36,119 nt of DNA from positions 1-36,119 of the forward strand of contig JAQBUT010000028.1 in NCBI GenBank assembly GCA_027623195.1. The letters run 5' to 3'. Source of the stretch: Chloroflexota bacterium. Lineage in GTDB: Bacteria > Chloroflexota > Dehalococcoidia > Lucifugimonadales > JADFKI01. Below the pieces are notes generated by a model. That model searched no databases. It was given only the letters and a program-made list of their open reading frames with translations, and had not been told where the DNA came from. The position numbers were made by a program, and so were the translations under genes. Below are positions 9,246 to 18,462 of this stretch, in pieces. Every line of letters begins with the position of its first letter. Within the stretch, counting starts at the first letter, position 1.

Positions 9246-11828
9246 TTACCCCACGAACCAGTTCGACAGGTCGTGGCGGTTACGCTGGAGCCATGCGCTG
9301 TTCAACTGAATGCGTTCCAGGGACTGGCGGATTGTCCGCTCCGCACCCGGCGCAGGATGGTCGGTGAAGAACCGCTCAACGTCCTCACGCATCTCCATCG
9401 TTGTGAAGCCAGAAGTTATGCCCACCAACCTCATCAACGCAAAGCCGCCCTCACCGTAACGGCGGTCCAACTCCGCCCAGTTGTCCTTTAGGAACTGCCA
9501 GGCCAGATCCCGTCCTGACCTGTTCCCGGCAACCAAACCCAGTACAGAAACAGCTTCGTGGGCCCGAATTTCGTCACCCAGAGCTCTGTTCAGAGTCTCC
9601 TGAAGGAGTTCGGGCTGTTCGAAGCTGGTAAGGCCGTACAGGAACCTCACCTGCTCCTCCTGCATCGAAGCCTTGGCCCGCAGTTCCCACATGGTGTCAT
9701 AGGTTGACCGGTCGCCTTTTTGTGCGGCGAGGCCAAAGACGATGCCTCGAATGTCGGGGCTGACGTTTGCAGGGTTCTCGACGTAGGCCTTGAAGCGAGC
9801 GGCCGCCTCCCTCAGCGTATCCTCGTCGTCTGCGCCTCCCAGGTGACTTAAAACGGTGCTTCGGAGAAGCGTGTCCAGATGTCCCTCGCCTGGCTTGGCG
9901 TCCCAGCCTACTTTTCGCCCCGTCTCCTGCATGATGCTTCGGGAGAACGCCTGGAAACCTCCGTAGAAAGACTCTTCCCACAGCAGCGTGTCCATACCTC
10001 CCATGTTGGATGACAGGTCGGAGCACACGGGGGCGTTGTCCTCGTTCTTGTAGGCCTCGGCAATGGCAAGAAAGTCGGTCGCCGGTATCATGCCCGCCCT
10101 GCTCAGGGCGTAAGCATCATTCTGGATGCCCAGCCTGTCGGAGGCGGAGAGTTCTTTGGTCCGAATTGGTTCAGCCAGACGTTGCAGGTCCTCTGGAGAA
10201 TACTTAACCCTGAAGAAACCCGTCTGCTCAGGGTTGACCTTCACCCAGGCGTACTCGCCGTCTGATGTTTCCAGCGTGGTGGATGTCTCTCGATCATCCA
10301 TTAGCAGCGAGACCGAAGCGCCGTTGGTCGTGACTCCTACCGGCACCCTCCACAGGGCAGTATCGCTTTCGCCCGGGCTCAGAATGTCGTCGTAAGTAAA
10401 TTTACGCTGGCTCAGGTGGACGTTGACGCCGGTGGGGGACCGCTGTAGTTCGGTATCTAACACAGGATAGCCTGTCTGGATTACCCACGTGTCCATGATG
10501 TCGGCCACGGGCTGCCCGGAGGAGTCGCCCAGGGCGTTCCACAGGTCTCGACGTTGGGCGTTGTCGTACTGGTGCTTCGTCAGGTACTGGTGTAGGCCTC
10601 GCTGGAAGACATCTGCCCCGATGAAGGTCTCCAGCATACGCAGCACAGACGCCCCTTTGCTGTAGCTAATGGCATCGAAAAGCTGGCCAATCTCGTCCGG
10701 GTTCTTGACCTCCTGCTCAATGGGGTGAGAGTTGCGCAGTCCATCCAGGCTTAGGCCTCGATTGGTATCTCCGGAAACGAACTGAGTCCACACCTCCCAT
10801 TCGGGGAACAGGTTGTCCGTGGCTTTGTCGCCCATCCAGGAAGCGAAGCTTTCGTTTAGCCAGAGGTCATTCCACCACGCCATGGTCACCAGATCGCCAA
10901 ACCACATGTGGGCCATCTCGTGAGCAATGATAGAGGCGACCGTCTGACGGGTGCCCGCTGATGTGTTGTCCGGGTCCACCAGCAGCGCGGTCTCCCTGTA
11001 GGTAATCGCGCCCCAGTTTTCCATCGCGCCTGCAGCAAAGTCTGGTATCGCAATGTGGTCCATTTTGGGCAAAGGGTAGGGGATTCCAAAGTAACCATTG
11101 AAAAACTTCAAAAGCCTTAGGGAGGTTTCCAAGGCGAACTGCCCTTGTGCCTCCCGGCCCCTGGTGGTGAACACCCGCATTAGAGTGCCGTTATCCCCAG
11201 TTTTCTCTATGTAGGTGAGGTCCCCAATTACGAAGGCCAGCAGGTATGTGGACATAATTGGTGATTCTGCGAATGTTATTGTCTTTGAACTGTTGGCTTC
11301 GGACTCGCTTACCACAGGCATATTGGAAACGGCGGTTAGCCCCGACGGAATCACCAGCGTCAACTCGAAGGTTGCCTTAAGCGCCGGTTCGTCCCAGCAA
11401 GGGAATGCCCGGCGGGCGTCTGTAGACTCGAACTGGGTTGACGCCATCAACTGGTCGTTTCCGTCAATGTCCTGGTACTGGCTGCGGTAGAAGCCCCTAA
11501 GCTTGTCGTTCAGGTCTCCAGTGAACGCAATGTCCAGTGATGCTGCTCCTTCGGCCAAGTTGACGCCGAAATCGAACGTTACCGTCTCCTGTTTATCGTC
11601 ATAGGTTATGTTCTGAGACGGTAATGTCTTTCCACCCTCGGTAAGAACGCAACTCTGGATCTCGATTTCGATGGAGTTCATCGTTATCGAGGAAGTCTGC
11701 TCGAGAATTTCGATTGTTGTGATTACCCGACCCTTAAAAGTGTACTGCTTGAGGTCTGGTTCCAAGGTGATCTGGTACTTTACGGGTTTGACGTTGGCCG
11801 GCACTAGAATCGCGTTAGACTTCGCCAT
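9246..11828 (-). CDS. pepN: M1 family zinc aminopeptidase (aminopeptidase N / puromycin-sensitive type)
   Basis: GAMENWG, HEMAH followed by WLNESFA, AISYSKG, ERAP1-like C-terminal domain. Confidence 0.95.
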   Translation of the reverse strand: MAKSNAILVPANVKPVKYQITLEPDLKQYTFKGRVITTIEILEQTSSITMNSIEIEIQSCVLTEGGKTLPSQNITYDDKQETVTFDFGVNLAEGAASLDIAFTGDLNDKLRGFYRSQYQDIDGNDQLMASTQFESTDARRAFPCWDEPALKATFELTLVIPSGLTAVSNMPVVSESEANSSKTITFAESPIMSTYLLAFVIGDLTYIEKTGDNGTLMRVFTTRGREAQGQFALETSLRLLKFFNGYFGIPYPLPKMDHIAIPDFAAGAMENWGAITYRETALLVDPDNTSAGTRQTVASIIAHEMAHMWFGDLVTMAWWNDLWLNESFASWMGDKATDNLFPEWEVWTQFVSGDTNRGLSLDGLRNSHPIEQEVKNPDEIGQLFDAISYSKGASVLRMLETFIGADVFQRGLHQYLTKHQYDNAQRRDLWNALGDSSGQPVADIMDTWVIQTGYPVLDTELQRSPTGVNVHLSQRKFTYDDILSPGESDTALWRVPVGVTTNGASVSLLMDDRETSTTLETSDGEYAWVKVNPEQTGFFRVKYSPEDLQRLAEPIRTKELSASDRLGIQNDAYALSRAGMIPATDFLAIAEAYKNEDNAPVCSDLSSNMGGMDTLLWEESFYGGFQAFSRSIMQETGRKVGWDAKPGEGHLDTLLRSTVLSHLGGADDEDTLREAAARFKAYVENPANVSPDIRGIVFGLAAQKGDRSTYDTMWELRAKASMQEEQVRFLYGLTSFEQPELLQETLNRALGDEIRAHEAVSVLGLVAGNRSGRDLAWQFLKDNWAELDRRYGEGGFALMRLVGITSGFTTMEMREDVERFFTDHPAPGAERTIRQSLERIQLNSAWLQRNRHDLSNWFVG

Positions 11829-11877
11829 GCATTTCCCCTGATAAACAAGATTTTAAGATTGAGGTAAATTCGAGTAG

Positions 11878-12657
11878 CTAGGCGCCCTTCCAGTTGGGCT
11901 TACGCTTCTCTGAAAAGGCTCGTGGCCCCTCGATGAAATCGTCTGAGGCGGCGGCCTTCTGATATTCGGTGTAGTTTCGGCTCAGTGAGACATCCAGAGG
12001 CCAGCCCAGGCCCGACATGGCCATCTGCTTACTGGCCCTGGCCGAGAGAGGCGCGACCTCCAGGATCTCGTTGGCCCAGCGTTCAGCCGTGGGCATAAGA
12101 TCGGCCAGCGGCACAACTTCGTTGATCAGCCCCAACCTGTAGGCTTCCCTGATGGAGATTCGTTTGGCCGTGAGCATCATGCCCATGGCAATCTTCAATG
12201 GGATGTGTCTGGGCAGCCTATGGACGCCACCAGCTCCCGCCACCAGGCCCACACGAGGCTCTGGCAGACCAACTTCAGCATGGTCGGCCGCTATGATGAT
12301 ATCGCATGCTAAGGCTAACTCGAACCCGCCGCCTAGCGCGAAGCCGTTAACGGCCGCGATGATGGGCTTCCAGCACTCATAATTAGATGTGATGCCGCCG
12401 AACCGCGCTATATCGAGACTGCGATCACGCCTTCCATGTTCAGCCGTGTACTTCAGGTCGTTACCGGCGCTAAAGGCCCTGTCGCCCGTGCCTGTGATGA
12501 TTGCAACCCAGACTTCTGGGTCTTCCTTGAAGTCGGTGAACGCGTGGTAAAGTTCCTGATTGGCAGGGGGATGTAGGGCGTTCAGCCTATCGGGCCTATT
12601 GATGGTCACGTAGGCGATACGGCCCTTCTTCTCGTAGTTGATGAATTCGTATGGCAT
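11878..12657 (-). CDS. Enoyl-CoA hydratase/isomerase (crotonase) family protein
   Basis: AFSAGNDL, KPIIAAVNGFALGGGFELAL, GLPEPRVG, AFSEKRKPNWKG. Confidence 0.92.
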   Translation of the reverse strand: MPYEFINYEKKGRIAYVTINRPDRLNALHPPANQELYHAFTDFKEDPEVWVAIITGTGDRAFSAGNDLKYTAEHGRRDRSLDIARFGGITSNYECWKPIIAAVNGFALGGGFELALACDIIIAADHAEVGLPEPRVGLVAGAGGVHRLPRHIPLKIAMGMMLTAKRISIREAYRLGLINEVVPLADLMPTAERWANEILEVAPLSARASKQMAMSGLGWPLDVSLSRNYTEYQKAAASDDFIEGPRAFSEKRKPNWKGA

Positions 12658-12790
12658 TAAGCATCTCCGTGGAGCTTTTTGACTTTAAGTGCGACGACTT
12701 CCGCGCGAAAGTATATCAAAATCCTTAGGAAAGCCGCATCTTTTTAGGCTCTGAATTCCCATTGGGACGCCGCTTTGATACGGCGTGGAG

Positions 12791-13390
12791 TCACCACCGG
12801 TCCAGATGAAGCACCTCATCGACAGACCTTCGCTTGATGGGTCCGTAGCTTACGCCCTCCGCGAGGAAGCCCACTGGCAGGAGTGCAGCCGTTTCGACAT
12901 TATCCGGTATGCCCAAGAGATTCTTCACCTCGTCCTCGTAGGCTTTGTGAAAGGTCGTCAGAACGCTCCCCAGGTCCATCGCCCTGGCCGCCAGAAGTAT
13001 GTTTTGCACGGCTGGATATATGGATGCGCCTGTGGTTAAGGTGGTTGAGCCGCCGTGCTCTATGCAGGCCAGAATCAGCACAGGGGCTTCTCCCAGGTGG
13101 TCCACCAGATACACCGCCGAATTGAATAGCCTCTTGTTCTCCGCCTCAACGTACTGTAGTCGAGGAATGGCGGCCCGACCCGCCTTTTGGTAGATATCGC
13201 CGAGCTTGCCCCTTAGTTCCGAGTCGCGCACCACGATGAAAGACCAGCGCTGCTGATTTGTCCCGCTGGGCGCCCTTGTCGCTGCGTCAATGAGCCTGGT
13301 AATCATCTCATCCGGCACAGGGTCGGGTTTCAAATAACGAATCGCCCTCTGGGTATTCATGGCCTCGAACAGGTCAATATCAGCGCTCAT
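12791..13390 (-). CDS. Nitroreductase family protein
   Basis: QRAIR, APSGTNQQRWSF, QNILLAARAMDLGS. Start moved to the ATG at 13390, which has AGGAG upstream. Confidence 0.9.
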   Translation of the reverse strand: MSADIDLFEAMNTQRAIRYLKPDPVPDEMITRLIDAATRAPSGTNQQRWSFIVVRDSELRGKLGDIYQKAGRAAIPRLQYVEAENKRLFNSAVYLVDHLGEAPVLILACIEHGGSTTLTTGASIYPAVQNILLAARAMDLGSVLTTFHKAYEDEVKNLLGIPDNVETAALLPVGFLAEGVSYGPIKRRSVDEVLHLDRW

Positions 13391-13706
13391 ATGGATTCTC
13401 CTGGTACGATTTTCACTGGTCACGCAATTATAGACTAAGACAGCCGAACGTTATCCGCACCGTTCGAATCAAACCGGCATAAGGTTTTGTCGCCCTGGAC
13501 AAAAGTTCCTTATGCCTGTGGTTCGGCGGGCCAACTTCGGAATTACGTATGAGGTACCCTATAGAGCGAGACTGCAAAAGGGTAAATCGTTCAAAATCGG
13601 CCAATTTGTCCGTGGCGTATGGGGTTCAGGTAGAATTTCCCAGCTTTGCCCGATTGTCGCAGGGGTGACCGGGTCGTATTTCACAGGTGCTCAGGAGGCA
13701 GTGGTC

Positions 13707-14726
13707 ATGAAAGTTGGTACCAACGTCAGAGGCAAGGGGCTTGCTGAGATACCAGGTGACACGACGCAGGCGGAGAGGTTGGGGTACGACTTTATCTCAA
13801 CCAATGAGACAAAGCATAATCCGTTCCTGGCTGCCACCCTGGCGTCAGAGCACTCGACCACTATGAGCGTCCGAACTTCCATAGCGCTTGCGTTCGCCCG
13901 CAGCCCGATGGACACAGCGTACATGGCTTGGGACTTGCAGGCGCTGTCAGGCGGTAGGTTCCATTTGGGACTTGGTAGCCAGGTGCGCGGTCACATCATA
14001 AGGCGATACAACATGCCGTGGGGCAGGCCTGCTGCACGGATGCGAGAGTACATCCTTGCGCTGAGGGCCATCTGGGACTCCTGGCAAAAGCAGACCAAAC
14101 TTAACTTTCAGGGGGAGTTCTATAACTTCAATCTGATGCCACCCTTTTTCGATCCAGGTCCCATTGAAAAACCCGAAATCAAAATATATATCGCTGCGGT
14201 TAATGAGCGCATGCTACAGGTCGCCGGGGAGGTCTGCGACGGCGTTCTGCTCCACTCGTTCAACACGCCCAAGCACACCACGGAAGTGGTTCTCCCCAAC
14301 CTCGCAGAGGGAGCGGCCAAAGCCGGCAAGACTCTGTCAGACCTGGATATTCACGGCGGAGGATTCATCGTAACGGGTGCCAATGATGAGGAATTGGAAG
14401 CAAATAAACTGGAGACCAAGAACAGCATTTCTTTCTACGCCTCCACAAGAAGCTATGCGCCCGTCATGAACACACACGGTTGGAACGACACCGCCCAGAA
14501 GCTGTATCGCATGTCGGTAGGTGGTCAGTGGGGCCAGATGGGCGAGCAAATGACGGATGAGATGCTAGAGGCCTTTGCGGTGGTGGGGACTCACGACGGC
14601 ATAGTCGATAAAATTAAGGAGCGTTACGGCTCTTTCGCCAATTCATTGTCCTTCTCAATACCGCTCAGGGCTCCCGGAGATGAGGACAGGCTCCGGGAAT
14701 TGGTGCGACAGCTGAAGGCTGACTAA
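13707..14726 (+). CDS. LLM-class F420-dependent oxidoreductase (TIGR03617-like)
   Basis: ETKHNPF, IALAFARSP, GRFHLGLGSQV, ARMREY, FYASTRSY. Start moved to the ATG at 13707 after AGGAGG. Confidence 0.88.
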   Translation: MKVGTNVRGKGLAEIPGDTTQAERLGYDFISTNETKHNPFLAATLASEHSTTMSVRTSIALAFARSPMDTAYMAWDLQALSGGRFHLGLGSQVRGHIIRRYNMPWGRPAARMREYILALRAIWDSWQKQTKLNFQGEFYNFNLMPPFFDPGPIEKPEIKIYIAAVNERMLQVAGEVCDGVLLHSFNTPKHTTEVVLPNLAEGAAKAGKTLSDLDIHGGGFIVTGANDEELEANKLETKNSISFYASTRSYAPVMNTHGWNDTAQKLYRMSVGGQWGQMGEQMTDEMLEAFAVVGTHDGIVDKIKERYGSFANSLSFSIPLRAPGDEDRLRELVRQLKAD

Positions 14727-14727
14727 C

Positions 14728-15363
14728 CTAGCTAAGCTTTACCTGACGGGCAGGCAGACGACGTTTTTCTCTGGCGATTATGTCTTCAATTTCCTTTGCA
14801 GCCCGGTCAAGGCCGTCCCTTTCGTTAACAACAACGTAATCGAACAGTTCAGCCTTTTTTAGCTCTGAAGAGGCTGTTCGTAATCGCAATTCAAAAGCCT
14901 CCTCGGACTCAGTATTTCGTTCCTGTAATCTTCGCCTTAGCTCGTCAATTCCAGGCGGGGCCAGGAAAATGAAAAGCGCTTCGGGACAGATGCTTCGTAT
15001 AGTGTCGGCACCCTGAACGTCGATTTTTAATATCACGTCTTGGCCTCTACCGAGGGCTTCAGTTACCTGGGATTTTGGCACGCCATAATGGTTCCCAAAT
15101 ACCTCTGCATGCTCCAGAAGGCCGTCGGTTCGGAGTAAATCCTGAAATTCATCAGCTGTCAGGAAAATGTAGTCCTCGCCGTCGCGCTCAGCTGGGCGTC
15201 TGGCGCGAGTGGTGGCGGTGATCGTGAAATGATGTGGGCAGCCTAATTCCTGCATCCTCGAAAGAACGGCGTCCTTGCCGACTCCTGAAGGGCCGGACAA
15301 AACAATAAGCAGGGGAGTGCTGGCAGGGCCAGTGGAATCAGACCTGGCGGATTGTGATCCCAC
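14728..15363 (-). CDS. gmk: Guanylate kinase
   Basis: SGPSGVGKD P-loop, TTRARRPAERDGEDYIF, GNHYG, IDVQG. Confidence 0.95.
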   Translation of the reverse strand: MGSQSARSDSTGPASTPLLIVLSGPSGVGKDAVLSRMQELGCPHHFTITATTRARRPAERDGEDYIFLTADEFQDLLRTDGLLEHAEVFGNHYGVPKSQVTEALGRGQDVILKIDVQGADTIRSICPEALFIFLAPPGIDELRRRLQERNTESEEAFELRLRTASSELKKAELFDYVVVNERDGLDRAAKEIEDIIAREKRRLPARQVKLS

Positions 15364-15458
15364 TTAGCAACACCTGCCTTTTTCAATAACGCAGATAATG
15401 GACTTAACTGGGGAACATGCGCCTATTCGCGCTGATACGAAATTGAGGGTGGGGAAGT

Positions 15459-16451
15459 TTAACGTCGGTAAACCCACGAATCCTTCTTTTCGCCGCCGGA
15501 TAGCAGGCTGTACCGTTTGCTCAAACGCTCTCCAAAGAAGGCTGTGGCCATGGACTCACGAGAGCTAGGCAACGGATTTTCGTGCTTGCCGGTAACTGCG
15601 TTGGCCTGCCACTTCCCGTGCTCCTCCCATGACTTTATGAACGCCTGAACCAGGTCCTCGCTGCCGTCTTTAATCATGTTGCGGAATTCGTACAGCTCTG
15701 TAATGTACTTATCTATCCAGTGGACCATTGTCTCAGCATTTGCCAGACACGCGGCTTCGTTATCCAAGGGGTCTGAAGATGACAGACTGGCATGCTGGGC
15801 AAACTTGTCACCGGTAAGTTTGTGCATCTCCCTCCATGACTCGCTTTTCGCGACCGTTGAGGTAAACGCCGATGACATCACAATTGGAAGCAAATCCATA
15901 GCAGTGGTGTAGCTATCGTGCTCATGCGGGTCCAGGAATAGGGGATTGGCGTGCATAAGCTCAATGAAACCGATAACCGTCTTAACCGACTGCTGGTCGG
16001 CGGTGGCCCCTGGCATTACGCAGTATTCGATCCCTTGAAACAGGGTGGCGACTGCGTCGTCCAGGCTACCGTGTTCTCGCTTGATGAGTGGATGGCCTCC
16101 GACGAAACTTACGCCTTTGGGAAGAAAGTTTTCGGCCCAGTCAATGACTTTAGTTTTGGTCGAGCAGGTATCTGTGATTACGCAATCGTTTTCGATGATA
16201 GGGCCGATGGCCTCCAGCATTTCGCGCATTTCGGTGAAAGGAATGTCCAGCACGATAAGTTGTGCCCCTTCCACTGCGGAGCGCAATAGCGTTTCCGTCT
16301 TGTCGTAAGCGCCCATTTTTGCAGCCGCAGACAGCGCTTGCTTGTCGCCGGAGCTTCCGACGACCTCAGTATTCTTTAACTTGGCGGTTTTCAGGGCTAG
16401 CCCCATAGATACGCCAACGGGACTTGTCCCTATGATTGTTATTCGCTCCAA
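15459..16451 (-). CDS. Prephenate/arogenate dehydrogenase-like protein (divergent TyrA family)
   Basis: N-terminal Rossmann-like strand, ITDTCSTK, FVGGHPL, EHD motif; several family motifs are degenerate. Confidence 0.75.
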   Translation of the reverse strand: MERITIIGTSPVGVSMGLALKTAKLKNTEVVGSSGDKQALSAAAKMGAYDKTETLLRSAVEGAQLIVLDIPFTEMREMLEAIGPIIENDCVITDTCSTKTKVIDWAENFLPKGVSFVGGHPLIKREHGSLDDAVATLFQGIEYCVMPGATADQQSVKTVIGFIELMHANPLFLDPHEHDSYTTAMDLLPIVMSSAFTSTVAKSESWREMHKLTGDKFAQHASLSSSDPLDNEAACLANAETMVHWIDKYITELYEFRNMIKDGSEDLVQAFIKSWEEHGKWQANAVTGKHENPLPSSRESMATAFFGERLSKRYSLLSGGEKKDSWVYRR

Positions 16452-16558
16452 CTCACTCCTCCTGCTTTATCCACCTAGCTTAACGCTCAGCGCAATTTTC
16501 TCTACGATCTATACGAAAAAAGCGCGCCCGCAGTTTACCATACCTGGCGGGCCTGCCG

Positions 16559-17227
16559 TTAATATCCGAGCACTAGCACCCGCAATATATTGATTATCGG
16601 AACGATCACAATGCTCAAAATCCCGACAGGCAAAACTATGCCGCTCAGGATCAGCACCATCAGGATCATAGGGCCCATTCTCTCTGTTTTAGCAAATGAA
16701 AGGGCCGCGTCCCTGGGGAGTAATCCCAGCACAACTTTGAAGCCATCCAGAGGCGCAATGGGCAACAGGTTGAAAGCCGCCAGCACTAAATTCCAAGTTA
16801 TAAGAGCGCCGAGAAACGGGGCGATTATTTCGGTACTCGCCGGCGACCCGTTCAGTAGGCCTAACCTGAAGGGCAGCGCTGCCAAAAATGCCACGATTAC
16901 ATTGGAAATGGGTCCCGCTATGGAAACAACGGCCATGCCTGATTTTTCGCCAATGCGTAGGTTCCACGGACTAACAGGGGTAGGCCTTCCCCAACCGAAA
17001 CCGGCAATGACGATCATGATTGTTCCCAACGGGTCCAGATGCGCCTTGGGATTCAAAGTGAGTCGACCCTGATTCTTGGCGGTAAGGTCTCCCAGCCGGT
17101 ATGCCGAGAAGGCGTGGCTGAACTCATGGACCGATATGCCGATAACCAGCGCCAGCACGAAAGCGACCAGGCCAATCACGGCGTCCATGGGATCAATAGA
17201 AATTTGGTCGATAAATTGAAATATCAC
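16559..17227 (-). CDS. Site-2 protease family (M50) membrane metalloprotease
   Basis: HEFSH, GRLTLNP, AGPISN, FNLLPIAPLDG. Confidence 0.92.
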   Translation of the reverse strand: MIFQFIDQISIDPMDAVIGLVAFVLALVIGISVHEFSHAFSAYRLGDLTAKNQGRLTLNPKAHLDPLGTIMIVIAGFGWGRPTPVSPWNLRIGEKSGMAVVSIAGPISNVIVAFLAALPFRLGLLNGSPASTEIIAPFLGALITWNLVLAAFNLLPIAPLDGFKVVLGLLPRDAALSFAKTERMGPMILMVLILSGIVLPVGILSIVIVPIINILRVLVLGY

Positions 17228-17301
17228 TTATTTATATTTAGCCCTGTCAAAGAGTCCCTTAAGAGTTGAACGTTCGTCCCCTTTATGTAAAAGAGGCAAA
17301 T

Positions 17302-17333
17302 AAAAAGGCGGGGCGACAAAAGCGCCCCGCCTT
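17302..17333 (-). terminator. Intrinsic terminator after the hesB-like gene
   Basis: AAGGCGGGGCG / CGCCCCGCCTT stem with an A-tract on the left (U-tract on the minus strand). Confidence 0.75.
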
Positions 17334-17356
17334 GATTTTACCAGTATTCTTATTAC

Positions 17357-17803
17357 TTAGTGGCCGCCGCAGGCGCATCCGCCCCCGCCGCTACCACAAC
17401 CGCCAGCGCTTTCGCCACCAGAGCCACATCCGCCACTCTCGCCACCGGCGCCACATCCGCATGCGCCGCCGCTGCCACAACCGCCGCCTGCCGAGTTCTG
17501 GAAGTTGGGATTGCTGATAACGAATCCGCTTCGCATCAGGCCGTCAACATAATCAATCTGGGCGCCCTCAACCAGGGGAGCGCTTTCCGGATCTACCAGA
17601 ACCTGTACGGTGTCGGTTTGGATGACGAAGTCGTCGACATTGGCTGCCTTTTCCATACCAAGCATGTACTGGAAACTTCCCTGTGGGCCGGGCACAACCA
17701 TCATCCTTAGAAGAGATCCCTCTTCTCCACCTTGCTCACCAATAATTTCACCAAGCTTCTGGGCCGCCTTTTCGGTCACATCTATGATTGGGGCATTTGC
17801 CAC
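17357..17803 (-). CDS. HesB/IscA-family Fe-S accessory protein with Gly/Cys-rich tail
   Basis: IDVTEKAA, VLVDPES, GAQIDY, GFVISNPN, CGCG. Start set at GTG 17803 after GGAGG. Confidence 0.8.
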   Translation of the reverse strand: MANAPIIDVTEKAAQKLGEIIGEQGGEEGSLLRMMVVPGPQGSFQYMLGMEKAANVDDFVIQTDTVQVLVDPESAPLVEGAQIDYVDGLMRSGFVISNPNFQNSAGGGCGSGGACGCGAGGESGGCGSGGESAGGCGSGGGGCACGGH

Positions 17804-17965
17804 TTGGAAACCTCCAGTCAGATTCCTTCTTTTATATGCATTAAAGTAACTTATGTTATGGGAAGATGCTATCACCAAGTTTAACAGCCGGTCAAGGCTC
17901 AATTAAGGCAACTAAGCCCCAACCGGAGCCGTTAGACGCAATTTCCAACTTGAGTCAAAAAAATA

Positions 17966-17995
17966 TTGACATCCGGTATTTCAGGTCAATATACT
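17966..17995 (+). promoter_or_regulatory. Sigma70-type promoter of the 5S rRNA gene
   Basis: TTGACA (17966-17971), 18-bp spacer, TATACT (17990-17995), with an A-rich tract upstream. Confidence 0.8.
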
Positions 17996-18008
17996 ATTTG
18001 TAATTAGT

Positions 18009-18128
18009 CCTTTGGTGGTTCTAGCGAGGTGGACCCACCCGTTCCCATCCCGAACACGGCAGTGAAACACCTCAGCGCCTACGATACTGCATCCGCAAGG
18101 GTGTGGGAAAATAGGTCACCGCCAGGGG
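18009..18128 (+). rRNA. rrf: 5S ribosomal RNA (stand-alone)
   Basis: Conserved CACCCGTTCCCATCCCGAACACGGCAGTGAA, GATACT and GGGAAAATAGGT segments; terminal helix TTGGTGG/CCGCCAG. Ends approximate. Confidence 0.95.
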
Positions 18129-18392
18129 GCTTTTTCTTTTACCAGGCATTTGCACCCGAAAATAACCCTTCTTCCTATTGTTTTAATTGCCGTAGGATTG
18201 TATTCTGCGGCAAAGTACCTTCACAATCCGCTGCACCGGCCAAACCACGGCATTAACTGGGTTACATCACCCTCTTGGCCTCCTACTTATACGGGGCAAT
18301 CACTTCAACCCAGGAAGCCCAAAGACCTGTGAAGCGAAATAAAATGGCCATCTTGTACTCCATCGGCTAAATTGCTCTCCTATGTTTACGAC

Positions 18393-18421
18393 TTTACAGC
18401 TTTAGCCGATATACCTATAAT
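18393..18421 (+). promoter_or_regulatory. Sigma70-type promoter of rpsA
   Basis: TTTACA-N17-TATAAT about 40 bp upstream of the rpsA start. Confidence 0.65.
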
Positions 18422-18462
18422 GTAGGAAGCCCGCCAAATATGTTAGGAAAGCCTGTATAGCC

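Noticed and set aside
13512..13706. 65-aa N-terminal extension of the LLM oxidoreductase, or a riboswitch in this divergent intergenic region
   Set aside because: The RBS supports ATG 13707, and I could not match any riboswitch consensus by eye.
18029..18256. 75-aa ORF
   Set aside because: It overlaps the 5S rRNA gene.
18150..18332. 60-aa ORF with a hydrophobic N-terminus
   Set aside because: TTG start with no RBS, directly after the 5S U-tract, and no recognisable family. Not excluded, but unsupported.
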